From the NCBI RefSeq assembly GCF_000150275.1, contig NW_002060947.1, positions 8,045,880 to 8,109,879 on the forward strand: 64,000 nt of DNA, in the 5' to 3' direction. Of this stretch, positions 13,681 to 27,785 are shown in pieces. Each line of letters opens with the position of its first letter. The first letter of the stretch is position 1. Both the position numbers and the translations under genes were made by a program. The DNA comes from Trichoplax adhaerens. Taxonomy: Eukaryota > Animalia > Placozoa. The notes under the pieces were generated by a model, which was not told the origin of the DNA, made no database searches, and saw only the letters and a list, made by a program, of their open reading frames with translations.

Positions 13681-15169
13681 AGCGATAATCGCAATTGAAA
13701 CGATACATTCTGACTTTAACTTATGGAATTTCTAGTATAGACTGCTAACAGAAGTATTGCAAAGATATTGGCTAAGTTCTTATGTTACAATGAGACTATT
13801 AGAGCCTAATTTAAATCCTAACATGCATGTTTTAACTGCAAGTACAACAAGTTCAACTGTTATAGGCGCTATACTTATTGAAAGTGAGTAGGGTACAAGA
13901 TCCATATTACATTATAATCTGCTTTATTCATTATGTAAAGTAATTAGTATTGTGATTGTAGACTATTAGCCATGTTTAGTATGATTTACGGTAGTATCTT
14001 TTTTATATTTATCTTATGATATATTTAATACCTCATATTTATAGACTGTAAGGATAGACTATACTGTATGCTAGAGTACCGATGACTATGTGCAGTAAGT
14101 CGTTGAGCTACTAATAAGGTTAGAGGTATAAATAGAATTGTAAGCCATATATTAGGATATGCTTAGTTCATTATACTTTGAGCGTTAGGAATAATACTTA
14201 CGAAAATACTGTAATCATTTCTATATTGGATTAATGATGATTTACTGTAAATATTGTGACTAATAATAAGCTGAATACAAGTAGCAAATTTGCTATAATG
14301 GATACTAGGCAGTCAATAATTATATATAATTATCGCATATGACTAACGATGGTTTAATAACATTAAAGAACACTGACGAAAGATAAATAAAGATAGAACA
14401 ATTTATGATAAAATTAACCAACATGAGCCGCTAAAATAGGAAACGACTCCAATGTTTTATTTAGCGTTATCGCTAATCATAGTACTTTTATTGAAGCTCA
14501 GCTGGTATTTCAGATCTTGGTAATTTTATTTGCATACGAACGAGTAAGTTAGTATATCGATAAGAAGGGTGTATACAGTTGACCTTTAACAAAATCTCTT
14601 GCAGGTCGAAATTAGCGTTGCACTCTAGTCAGCATGTAATAGGTAGTATCATCTTTGCTAAAATGAATTATCTTATAACACCATTAACTGACCTTTTTAT
14701 TGCATTATTTTACTCGAAATCAGACTATAGCTCATTATATCCGTTATAATGTCTAATTGGGAAAATATTTGCACCGATCGTGTAGTTACTGTTAGTAAAC
14801 GACCACAGTATGCTGTTACGAAGTATGACGACCAGTTGCTAGAATCGTATTTCTACTGTACGAGTGCTAATCGCCGGATTGTGTTAGTATACTGTATATA
14901 TGCACCTGTTTTGGCATTGCCACTTGTTGATAGCTTATATCATCCCAAATTGGCTTCCTTTTCAGCATACTACTGGAGCTCTTTTCAGTATTTCATGTGA
15001 GCAATACAGTATATATAGAACAGTTGCTGATAGTTAATACAATTAACCTTCAAGAAAGTTTAGTGTGAAAGATGTAGAAAGACCTACGTTAACCAGCAAA
15101 AATTAATGGTAAAATTATTATGACTTAAAGAACGACTACATCTAGTTCCATCGCAATGCTCACGTTAAC

Positions 15170-15510
15170 TGACTTGCATTTTCACGTTTAAGCTTTGCTA
15201 CGGTTGCAAGATTATCGACAGTTTTATTATTAATTATAGTATTTTTACTTGGCAGCATTCGTAGGCCAAGGTAAGCAAGTTAGTAAATGAATATTAGCAA
15301 CATGTATCGTAGAGACTTAGCTGACGAATGGAAATTGAATCTACGTTTGCACATGCAATAACAAGCCCTGCTACAGCAAGATAGATAGTCGCTAGTTTCA
15401 TCATTGATTACTTTACTTGTCAGCATACGTATTCCAAGGTGAGCAAGTTAATAAAAGAATCATGAAGAACATCTATTGCACAGATTGATCTGATTATAAA
15501 TAAAGATTAA
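15170..15510. repeat. Two-copy ~170 bp degenerate tandem repeat
   Basis: TACTTGGCAGCATTCGTAGGCCAAGGTAAGCAAGTTAGTAAA (~15246) vs TACTTGTCAGCATACGTATTCCAAGGTGAGCAAGTTAATAAA (~15414). Confidence 0.7.
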
Positions 15511-16180
15511 ATCTAAAAGCATATCTTGCTTAAACTCCTGTACCAAGTTACGCCTAGAACTCTAGTAGAACTAGATCAAAACAGTCGTTGTGGAAAGTAG
15601 AGTTGATTAATATCATCGAAGATGGCGAAACGTGCTCCAAAATAATTAGCAAACTATTCTGTAGCCCTTCAGCTCGTTATTCTGACATTAACTTGCTTGC
15701 AATTTTGAAGACGGGCTGACTATTGCTATAGCAACCAGAGAACGCCCTGGGGGTCTCCTCCCTCCATTAGTCCTCATGTCAGTATAGCGGACAGACAGAA
15801 CCATTGTAGACGTGGAGTAAGGATCTATTACCTAGGAGAAGCCTACTGTCTACGAAACAGAGTAATTTTCTTGATATATTGATATGAATAAGGCCGATTA
15901 AAATGATCAACGGTCAGAATATGGAAACATCTTGCACCGTCAAGAAAGGTACAGAATTAATTCAACAATCAACAATGAATCAGTGCATCGGTTCATTTTG
16001 TTAACTATAAACACCCAGTCTATTGAGTATATTGTTTACACTGAATCAAACAGGATACTGGCTACTGTATCGGCAGTTGGTCTCACCTAGTTTTACGAGG
16101 TAATCGACATTGGCATGCCAAACTCCTTCGCTATCCCTTTTTCCAAGCATCGGTTAACGCTAGGATAGTCTGGAAGGAAA

Positions 16181-17795
16181 ATGAGAGCAGAAGTACAAAT
16201 GATGCTACTGGTCTTAGCTGTACCAGCACAGTATTATTTAGCATCAGTGTCATCCAATGACCGCAGCTATTACACCAAGAGGTAAGAAATAGTCGTGTCC
16301 TTCAGTTATCTAATGTTCCTACAGGATCTTTACGGAATGATCATATCACCAGCAGAAATGTAATAGTATATTCGGATAGATAGAGCCTGATTGATACTAT
16401 TAGGTTGATAAATGAAAGAGTTATTAAGCAATATCAACTAAAAGGTAACCGCATTATCTTAATGCTGGTGGAGTTTTAAGTGAATTAACGAAGATCATAG
16501 AGAAATAGGAGGTTACCATAGTCATTAAATTAATGTACAGTAGATTGAATTAAGGTACGCTATGATTGACCAATCCCTTTCTTATTAATCAATTTAACCA
16601 ATATTGGAAACCTAACAAGTTCATTTGTAAGTTCTCGGCTGCTATACATGTAAAATACTGCAGTTCAAGAAACAAAGCCTAGTCAAGATGTTGTCAATTC
16701 TCGCTGAAAGATCATCCATTAACCTGTCCAAATTAACAATGAGTATTATTATTTCTGCTAGGTTGGTGGGCAATATTCAAAATTGGTATTCGTCTTACTT
16801 TAACTTGACAACATGGAAATGGTGGTTAGATTCGTTGATGTTAGATGCTCTAGAAATTGAAGAAGGCTTTTGTCCCGCTGTGGAAGTTGAAAAGTTTCGC
16901 AGTGGTGACGAAAATTTTGCTAAATCAACTATACCAAGAACGCCACGTCCACCTCACGTTCGATATCGCATTGGCCAAGTTATACGACATCGCCAATGGG
17001 GCTATCGTGGTGTTATTGTAGGATGGGATCCTGTCGCAAAAGCACCAAAGGAATGGCTCGATCATATGCATCCGGCAGATAAACCAGTTCGTTGATATTG
17101 AATTATGCAATGTTTTCATGTCGCAATTACGCATTATCTACTGCACACTATAATGTGAATCGCATTTCAATTTGTTCTTAAGCACTGAACGTAATCTTTA
17201 CTCGATAAAAGTCATATTACTATATCCATACTATACAATAGTAGTTCATTAATCCATGCTTGGTAATATTGACATTTATTGTTTATCATCGCAACTGAGA
17301 CTACTTTTAAGTCGAATAGATAGGCTGCAGACGCTTCTGAGTATTGAGCCTTACATAGTTTGTTTAGCCTGAAAGTTTCAACCTTAATTTGTTTTAGCAT
17401 TGGCGAAAGAAAGCGAATTATCTCGTTCTAGTCGATACTAGAGACCGTCTAACTCCTCAGAGTACCTACGTTGCTGAAGAAAATATTGAAATTTTGACCA
17501 ATCGAAAGGTAATTCTACAATTTTAATTGAATAGTCGTGCTGTATAAATCCACGTAATGTAAATTCTCATGACTATGCGGCGAATAGCTTAAGCCATGGT
17601 TCATAATGCACTATCCGGTATTATTGGTCAATCCATTTTGCCATGGCTATAAATCTTATATACTAAATATAGAGTAACTGTATCTTTTCCTCGATATAGA
17701 TAATTCATCCAAAAGTAGGAGATCACTTCGAAGAATTTGATAATAGCCGATATATTCCCAGACCATGGCTGCGGAAAGTATATCCAGATGACTGA
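16181..17795 (+). CDS. YccV/HspQ-like (hemimethylated DNA-binding domain; FBXO21 C-terminal-like) protein, 4 exons
   Basis: Exons 16181-16281 (MRAEVQMMLLVLAVPAQYYLAS...), 16762-17086, 17398-17508 and 17700-17795 join in frame. YccV motifs present: YRIGQVIRHRQWGYRGVIVGWD, YLVLVDTRDR...TYVAEENI, HPKVGDHFEEFD..RYIPRPWLRKVYPDD. Confidence 0.88.
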
Positions 17796-18788
17796 TCAGT
17801 ATTTTCTAGACTTCAAATAGTTTACTCAAAAATGACTAGATAAACATTTAAAGACTAAATTAAGTTTGCCCGTGAGAAGAAATAACTCACTATTGTAATG
17901 ATATATTTGGGTAATGCCTAAACAATATCCTCGAGTGTAATTTGGGTTAAAAACAGTGGGAATGATGTATTATCGATTGGCTGTCCAGAAATCTATATAT
18001 TATCACATGATATCTTTAGTAATAAATTGGAATTATGGGCAAGATGAATCACTCGCTCAATATGCTACTAATATAATAATGCTTGACAGTATCTGGAAGG
18101 ATACTGATGTATTGCGTAATTTATTTTTAAAATGATTAATGCCATATATTTGATTTCAGGAAATACATCTTAATAAGATCTTCAATTCAAAATTAAAATA
18201 CTCCATTTATAATGTATATGTAGCTTTATTATAAATATACGTGAGTGTAAATTAAATTTCACTTTCAAAATGCAATTTCAAATTTTGTTCAAGATACATG
18301 TCGGTATATTACATTGCAGGTAGTGTACACTGTACACTAATTTATTATCTTATTAATCAATCAAAATAAAACTTATAATGACGAACGTAGCATATAGCTA
18401 CTTATTCACAAAAATTACAAATCCACATATCATACGTATGCCAACAGTACTGTTCAGTACAATGATCATGCCATAACAGATCGACATTAAGCAAATATAT
18501 TGCAATATTCGTCTACTGATTATATAAATTTGCTGTTCTCATTGGAAGATAGAAAAATGTTTTAATTGTAAACTAATACATTTGAATCTATAATTAGTTT
18601 AAATCTTCTAATATTGCGTAGCCTTCATTTTAACTAAATAAATATTTCATATTTTAGCGTAGGAGTTTTCTGTTGTAAAAACAAGTACAATAAATAATTC
18701 GTAGGTAAAATAAAGGGAAGTCAAAATTAGAATAGCTAGCGATTTATACCCTACATGAACTGACTAGAACACCTGACAGTATCAACAT

Positions 18789-21700
18789 CTAAATAATTTC
18801 AAATTCAGAATGGTCAAATTGCTTCGCGCTTATTTTATACAAATATTCCAGGAAGTCAGTATAACCAGATCTGGTGATTAATCAAATAACCAATAAAAGT
18901 GAAAATTACACACCTGTTCTTAATTACGCCGTTATTGCAGAAATACTGCCAAAACATTATATAAAAATGGTACAACATGCAAAATACTTATTGTTAGGAT
19001 CATACCTTAGTCCTTTATCTCTTCCAACACCTCTGTTTTGTTCAGTTTGTAGAATAATTTGTCGAATTTTTGGTAGCAAGGTAATGATCATGTCACTATC
19101 ATATTTGGCGACATTACCCAAGCTTTTAAGAATCTTTACCTAAAATTTTTAGTAGTAAGGATAATAAATTTTTTAAATTTAATTTTTCAATAAAGGTGAA
19201 CGAACATTCGCTAGGTGGTATTATCGAAACTTTAAAACTTTCTAACGTACATTAAATTGTTTAAAGTTGGATTCGACAAAATTTTCCAAGCATTTCTGTA
19301 GTTTGTTTCTAATAAATTTCAAAAACATAGAGTAACGTTAGCGGACATTATAGCTGAAATAGAACGAGAACAATAGCTACGATTAAATTACCTAATCTCA
19401 ACTTCTTTTTCGCATGATAAATTGTTTGTTATTAACTTTATTATAGCTGTAGCTATAAACGAAATAATGATAAAATTCCCTCAGTTGGAAGTTATATAAA
19501 TATATATGCATTGATTGAGGATTACTAGGGAGTTAATATCAAAAATTGTCATTATTTTCACCTAAATTTCTTATAGAAGGTGGCTCTTTCTCAGGCGAGC
19601 AAGTATCACAGGCTAACAAACATGCCATAACAGACTTGAATATATATGGCGAGTCACTACAACACACAATAAAATACGATATTAGGTTTTGCCCTTAAGC
19701 AAAGAAATTTCAGTCTATCCTTGTACCTTCGATATACTTGTATCATTAAGTATTAATAGTTCCCTTACCTGACAATATTCACTTGCGGTTTGGTATTTTC
19801 AAATACAACTTTTATGAAGTTTAAAACCTATTTAAAATGAGTACACTATAATATTACAAACTTCATAAGCGTATTGTGTTCTGACTATCAATAGTTTCAT
19901 ATTACCGTAATTAAATTATCAGGGGGTTGAGGAAATACCAAAAAGTGATCACCAACTATTTCCATACAATATCGGCGAAATTGACTAGAAAGCAAAAAAT
20001 TCTTAATAATACATCCAGGTACACTTAAAATAGAAAAAATATCAGTAATAGCCATGCGAAATCTGTCCTACCATTCGATTTCACAATCACTTGAAGTAAA
20101 GGTTTTTCTGATGCTGTTCTATTTATTGTTATAAAATCGTAAATTTAACATGTCGTAACGAAAAAACGAGTTATACTATGAAAACTAGTAATTTATTCAT
20201 TCACATACAATGAAAGGATGTGACGATACTGATTGTGGATTTGACAATAATACCTATAAAAAACATTGATAAATACAATTGAAGGGATAGCAATAAAACT
20301 CTATTCAAAGTTGCTCAATTATATTATTGGCACCTGATTAAAAGAAAGAAAGTATCTAGCGAAGATTTGCTTTATTTTTCTTTTTAAGAATTCATCTTTT
20401 TTCAAATGATATAACTTGGCAAGACCATTTATAAACTTTCCATAATAAAAAAAACTGTTAACGAATAAAACACTTTTGCGATTTTAATATGGTAATTTAA
20501 CGAATCTACAGCACATAAAGAACCCTTACACCAGATAGATGCTTTCTTATATTTGCTTCAATTACTGCAAAGCTGGGATTTGACTGAGCGTTCGGTAGTA
20601 GTAGCATATCAATAAGCCTCGGCAACAAGCATTGTCGTTGCGTCTACATAAATATAGGAAAGTTGGATATTAATGGTTAGACTCTTGCTACTTTTATTCA
20701 TTGATATTTCCAGCGGATAAAACATTTATTTCACCAAATAATGCACTGATGTTACTACTTACTTTACTATAAATTACGTCAGGACATGATTCAACAAGGG
20801 TAGCACATATTTTATAGATTTGCCTAGGGAATGGATTGCATTAGAAAGATCAGACTAAACACTACGTTCATTATATACTCTAATAAGAAAGTTCGTACTG
20901 TATCTGCTGACGTGGTCCACTGCTAGCAATAAAGGTTTCTATATATGCTTGCAAATTGTCCGTATAAACCAATACTTTCTGACGCAGAGAGTCATATTCC
21001 GATGAACTTTGATGCTAACGCGTCATAATGACACAAATTTAGAATCATATTACTAAATCTCAAGATGAATGTATGTAAGAAATACTCGAAATTCGTCGTT
21101 AAAAATACCAATTGATTCAGAGCTCTTCCAATATTTATTAATATGTCACATGCGAGATCAACTGCTGAATTGCTGTTTTGAATTTTCTATAAAGTGATAG
21201 CAAAACAATGTAAGTATAACCGTATATCGCAATTTCCCTACAGTCTATCGTCAACAAAAACTAATTAAACCATGCACCTGATTTGAAAGACTTTCTTTTA
21301 TTTCCGGAAAATCACAAATATATCTGTAAAAAACATTTAAGATCTAAGCTCGGCATAAATTTTTTTTCTTTGGAACCGACCAAATTTAATTATAAAGCAG
21401 AAATAAAATACCTTGTAAAATCGATAACTTGTAAATCACTTTCAGGAAGTTGGAAAGAACACCTAAACCAGGAATGAACAACTTGAGTCTGGTATTCTGC
21501 TATGAGGACTTTCTTCGCACTTGGCGATTGCAATAGATAACATAAATATCGACAAGAAGTACTGTAAAGTAAAAGAACATCAATTTATGTTAGTTAACAC
21601 CAGCTCATGCAAGAAAAAAATAAGTAACCTTATTTCAATAAGTGAGAAACCTAGCTATAACGCGATCGGATAAGCCGACGTCATTGAATAACTTTGTGAA

Positions 21701-24700
21701 TGGCACGGAGCAAGATACGGTACTATTACAAGGCAAATAAATACATATTATATTCAACATGTTAATAATACACGCAGTAAGCATAATTTGATTTGTGCGA
21801 GATGGACGTACTGGTCTAATGATATTAGCGAAAATTCGGCTAAAATATCCGTTAAATACGCTGGATGACTTATAGCAAGCATATCTACGCTTTTATTAAA
21901 GTAGTTTAGGACTTGAGGAAATACTTCTATCCATATCGATTCCAATACTTCTATAATGATGAAAGCATTACTATTATTAGAGGATATTAAATTAACTACC
22001 GAACAAGAGTAGTTAATTAGTAATTGTAGATGACCTAGTACGTATTGAGATTTCTTGGAATTCATGTTATTACCCATATTTAGAAAATTTCTGTTAAATA
22101 ATACATTAATTAATTCAACAGCATAACTTTGTTTTAGGTACGATGATTACTCCAAAGTAGTTCAAATTTACTTCGTTACCTGACGGAAGAAAGTACATTT
22201 GCTAAGAACGAAAATACTTTTCTTAGTTCGTTTTCTCTGCATGAGGGTAGCAAGTACGATAATCCATTTCCTAGAAGAACATCAAGTTGATTGAATGTTT
22301 CAAATGAATCATAATGCAAAGCCACAACCGTATAGGCAATAGAGCAGTAAATATTATCAATGGTAGATGAGAGCTTGCAAGGTATGTTTTCTGTTAGGTA
22401 TTACCTGAGAGCAACTTAATTTCTGATAATCGAAATCCTTTGCTTGCGGTAAATATTTCCTCTACACTATCAGTATAAAGTACTACGCAGTCCCACAAAT
22501 GCCGACGTTTCGTAATATCATTTTGGCAATAATTAAAGTCACTAGAGTATAGAATTATTATTTTAGAATGAATTAAACTATAGCAAGCAATAAACATCAA
22601 TAATATTTTACTGCACGTACTTGCATGTAACGATAAAAGCGTCTACAATAATACCCGCAATATGGAAAATATTCATATTTTTGGTAATATATAGTTGTGC
22701 CATTGCAAAATAGCCTATGTACATCCAGCAAATAATTGAGAATATGAGGATTTATGTTGTTCAGGCAATAAATAATAATAGGAAGATGAAATATTATTTA
22801 CTTTACCTTTCTTTATTATTAACTCTTTTTGTGTTTCCAAATTTCTTGAATCAAGCATTGCGAGAAGGTCGAACATTTTCGTCGTCTACAGGTAAAGAAG
22901 GTACTGGTAAGGGATAAAGGATCATCTCTCCTTGTATTAAATATCTTATAAACTATTTTTCATATACCACATCTTCTGCATCAGCAATACAAGCCAGCGT
23001 AATATACAAACTCAGAAAATTATGCAATCCTACAGCATTTAATTCTCCCATTCGACGCTTGTGAAATTTAGAGTATATTCTAATTGCAAGAAGAAAATCT
23101 TATTACAAATGATGTGCTATCGAGAAAAGAAGCAATGGATATGATTTACAGAGCATGTTTAAATTACCTTCCTTTTATTTGTTTCCATATTCGATTCGAA
23201 TTCTCTATTGACAAGAGGTCCTTCAAATGGAATGCAAGATGTTGCAGAAAGTAGCCGTAGCTATTTTCATCTTGTCTATTGCTATAAAGCCGAAATGTTA
23301 ATAAGTCAGAAACGATTTCTTATACCTCATTGAGCCATTAATAAATTTCAACCGCTGACAGTATACTTAACTTAGATCTCACCTCTCATCTATCCCTTGA
23401 CACCTTAAAACACATTTATCCATCCATTCACGAGCAGAGCGACTAACAATTACATCAAATAAGAATCGATAACAAAACAATAAGTAAAATAGACCTCAGT
23501 GAGCACTTTAAAACAGATGTTAAAGTAAAAATTAGTAACCAACTCGTTACCTTAGTATGGGTACGTTATCTATCGATTGCAAATCAAGGCGATATGAATC
23601 ATTCTATAGTCACGTAATAAAAAAAATACTCTTTCTAACCACTACCATTTAAACAATATCGACATCATATTAGTATTAACAGAGTTTGTAGCACCAACCA
23701 ATCGCCGATGAAAATAGTCCCACATCCATAATATTACATCTGTATTTGCACCCCAATTCTTCGAAAGCATTAAACAAAACTGTAAATGAAGTCGACGATT
23801 CCCTTCTCCGATATCCTGATCCTGATAAAAGCGTATAATGTAATCCAATTAATATCATCAAATAATGAAAGGTAATGCTATCATTATAGTAGTGATTGCA
23901 GTATAAATAGCACCAACCGGAGATAAACTTAATTTCAATAAGTCTTGCACAATAATCCAGTTGCTAGGTCGACTTGTCTAATGATGATAAATGTAACTTA
24001 ATGAGCTCCTAACACGTCCAAAACTTGTTAAGTAGGACAACATCTATATTTACTAAATTTTATATGTTACGCTTCGTGCAAGCGAGTACTATAGTAGTAG
24101 TATGATTGCTTTATCAGTCTATGTACTCTAGAAGGTTCAGATTTTAATTGGCCGCGGGCATCGTACGAATACAGGGTAGTAATACTAGCCAATAACCACC
24201 AGCTAAAAGTTAGTGGGTCTTTGCAGTTAAACTGGTTGCTACCTGGCGAAAATAAACAAACCATCGTGGTTGGGTAAGGTTGATACTATAATTTAAATGG
24301 TTTCTTTTAACGATAACAAGTGTAACATACAATTTTTCGGCACATGGTCGTCATCATGAACTGTATCAATGCTTAATATTTTGCTAATCACGGCACTGTT
24401 TAGGACACTCCAAAATGCCTAAGTATAAGTAAAAGAAGAAAATTTATACGAATACAATTAAATACCTAATTAAAGCGGTGATACGAAGTAAGCTGATGGG
24501 TGCATTGTACCTGTGCACCATAGTTTTTGGAAATATCATCTGTAGTGTAAATAACTGTCAACCAAACTTGCAAGCAACAGGAGCAAGGAAATGGAAGCGA
24601 TCTCTTCCGTTCTTCGGCTGATGATGCCTTCAAGTCATGTTTTGATTAGATTAATTACATCATAACTTATACGCATTAAGACGATAGAATAGTATTACAA

Positions 24701-26397
24701 CAAGTGAATTTACTTTGCTAAATATATTGCTTGCAACCATCACCAACTCCCATAGAATATCGATGCATGCAGCTTCTACGTTAACGTTACCTACAGAATA
24801 AAAGTACAACAATATTATTCGGATATGTAACTTTAATTACAAAGTCAGTACCATTCTTTAAAAATAGTAATGAAAGGGTTTAATACTCAGTTTTTATTGT
24901 ACTAACATTGTTTCGACATTAGCCTATAGAGTGTTTCTATGTAGCAAAAGTGCATATCTAAATGCAAATGAAATAGATGATCGGTGATAGGTCTACTACT
25001 GCTAACACGGAATGCTATTTGATGCGGTGTTAATGAGTCATAATATTGAAATAAATGGCCACTATAGGAAATAGCCTTCGATAATTGTTCTGCTAAAGCC
25101 GACGACAAAGACAACTGTTGCGTATAGAAAGCATAATCTCGTAACATTGGATGAGATTCGAAATCGTCCATATACCTGTAATAGAAAACACGCATAAAAT
25201 ATAATAATGGCAAAATTTAGCAATTAGCAAACTATGCAATCCCTTCATTAATTCATTCAGATTATTTATTAACAATGTTCTCGGTAACTTATTACCTATA
25301 TACAAATATACAAATGTATAACAAAAATTCAGCCATTTCATGACGTTGCTGGCCAAGATTGGTTTCTGTAAGCATAAACAATGATTGAAATAGAGTATTG
25401 TTAGTGTTTGTATTTCAAGTTTAATCGCACACAAAAATATTATATTAAAACGAAGTTGAAGAAATTATTTCTTTCATATTAGCAATTAGACCTGTCAAAT
25501 CCTGTCTACTAATTGGATTCTTGAATGTTAGAATCTTTTGCCTTCAAGCATGAAACAAAGCAAAAGTAAAATGTTAGCCAACCAATGCAGTACCAGTAGG
25601 TATAAAAGAGGCCGCATGGATCTCGAATTGATGTACAGTAGGTATTCGACATGATTCCTAACAACTAATATACTCGTACTCGTATCACTATCAAGTGAAG
25701 TATAGCATGATGAATAAACAGCCAACCTCAGTAAAGCAAAAAGTTTATCAGTGTGTTGAGCAAGTGCTAATGGAGTAACCCAACGACGACCCATTAATGA
25801 ACAATTGGACCGTTGGAAAGCTTCAATTTGTGGATCTTGAGACTTTAGAAATCTGTGTAACAATTCAAACTTTTAGCTATGATGTATTCAATCATCCTTG
25901 ATACTGATGTGAAATATCGCCTCTACTCAATGAATCAGTCACCATTAGCTTAGGTTGCACCTTACCGAGCAAGACGGCCACTGCCTATAAAAGTGGATAT
26001 TGATACATTTTCTAGCTGTAACAAATTCATTTCATGGCGACACTTGAACCAATGAGCTTCGACATCATGCCCTGAATGAAGACAAGGACAAGCAATATCA
26101 CTTTCAGTATTGATGTTTAATTTTCAAAGGTGGAAGCAGGAGAGCTGCAAGCATGCACAGCCATAATCTACTCTAGCTTTCCTTGCAGGCTCATTTTGAA
26201 TACCATCTACTACACATTGACGATTACATGCATGATTTACCTGTGGAAAGGGCTCGATCTAGCATCGGATTGCCCTTTTGCGGGATCATTAAATCAGTCT
26301 TCTCGCTGAAATCATCATCTGAAGATGGCAATGACGTTGTTGACGAACCACTTAATGATATCAAGTCGTCCTCGACGGCGATATCCATAGGCTCCAT
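18789..26397 (-). CDS. MMS22L: Protein MMS22-like (MMS22L-TONSL replication-fork repair complex subunit), many short exons
   Basis: First exon 26241-26397 (GCCATGG context; MEPMDIAVEDD...). Exon peptides are collinear with vertebrate MMS22L as I recall it: SGRLARFLKSQDP, RWVTPLALAQHTDKLFALLR, HLFHLHLDMHFCYIETLY, FPCSCLQVW, KDPLTFSWWLLASITTLYSYDARG, ILWMWDYFHRRL, and C-terminal LLPKIRQIILQTEQNRGVGRDKGLRSGY. Stop TAG at 18789-18791. Not every internal exon was traced. Confidence 0.88.
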
Positions 26398-26854
26398 GGC
26401 ACAATTTATTCAAGATGACTGGATTCACTGGAAGAAGTCGCCATTTTGGATTCTTTGCTAGACAGGACGAACTGCAAGGATGAAAGTGACGTCGATCAAG
26501 AGCTGACTCGACAACAAGAAACAACACGAAAGACGGACGATTCAACCAACACTAGGACCTGACCCGGTCAAAAGATGAAAGTTATGCAGCGTCAATCTCG
26601 ACCAAGGGGATGCTGAGTCTTTACAGTGTACAGTACAGTGTCGTTTTTGCTCATTCGCGAACAGTACTTGTACTGTACAAGAACAACAACCGTGTACTGT
26701 AGGTCGGGTGAAAGTTATGAAACGTCAATCTCCAGTTCTCAACCGACGGCATACAGTACAGTACTGACATGCTGTACGTCCATCCACGAACTGGAATCAG
26801 TGTACTGTACAGTGTACAGTACCCTACAGTACTCTCGTAGGCATCACTTTGCAT

Positions 26855-27785
26855 GTTTATACACGTTCGTCTCTATTCGTCTTAAAGCACTCTCACAGGG
26901 AGACCTCGAAATCCGAGGGGAAGCTGTCCACGGTTGTATCACAGAGATGCACGACGGAGTTTATATACGGTACAAGCTCGTCTCAGCATACTCTCACAAT
27001 GACAGCTCAAAATCCGACTGGGACGCTGTCCAAGGTTGGATCACAAAGATGCACGGCGGTGTTTATGTTTACAAGCGGTACACGTTCGTCTCGACACACT
27101 CTCACAGAGACAGCTCGAAATCCCAGTCTGACGCTGTTCAAGGTTGAATCATAGAGATGCACGACGGTGTTTATAGACTGTCACTGTGCGGTAAACGTTC
27201 GTCTCAACACACTCTTTTTTACACAGACAGCTCGAAATCCCAGTCTGACGCTGTCCAAGGTTGAATCACAGAGATGCACGACGGTGTTTATAGACTGTGC
27301 GGTATAAGTTCGTCTCAGCACACTCACACAGACAGCTCGAAATCCCAGTCTGACGCTGTGCAAGGTTGAATCACAGAGATGCTCGACGGTGTTTATTGTC
27401 ATTCTATACGGTAAACGTTCGTCTCAACACACACTCAGACAGCTCGAAATCCCAGTCTGACGCTGTCCAAGGTTGAATCACAGAGGTACACGACGGTGTT
27501 TATTGTCATTCTATACGGTAAACGTGCATCTTAACACACTCTCATAGAGACAGCTCGAAATCCGAGAGTGACGCTGTCCAAGGTTGAATGACAGAGATGC
27601 ACGACGGTGTTTATGCTCGGTATACGTTCGTCTCAACACACACTCAGACAGCTCGAAATCCCCATGTGTCACTGTCCAAGGTTGAATCGTAGAGATGCAC
27701 GACCGAATAGCCTGTTTCTACGGTAGGCAGCTCAAAATCCGAGCGTGTCGCTGTCCAAGGTTGAATCACAGAGATGCACGACCGT
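26855..27785. repeat. GC-rich tandem array, ~9 copies of a ~100-116 bp unit, upstream of MMS22L
   Basis: The core CTC(G/A)AAATCC recurs at ~26906, 27006, 27115, 27231, 27336, 27443, 27554, 27652 and 27731. Consensus: ACGTTCGTCTCAACACACTCTCACAGAGACAGCTCGAAATCCCAGTCTGACGCTGTCCAAGGTTGAATCACAGAGATGCACGACGGTGTTTAT-var-CGGTA. Confidence 0.95.

Noticed and set aside
27100-27500. Hammerhead ribozyme (GAAA plus CTGACG) or tRNA-derived SINE (GGTTGAATC resembling a B box) in the repeat unit
   Set aside because: CUGANGA is incomplete (CUGACGC) and only 7 nt separate GAAA from CUGA, too few for stems I and III. The B-box-like word lacks the conserved C, and no convincing A box lies at the right spacing.
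26855-27785. Array as a CRISPR locus
   Set aside because: The context is eukaryotic and intron-rich with no cas genes; the repeat is ~90 bp; and the variable parts are short, related to each other and sometimes identical.
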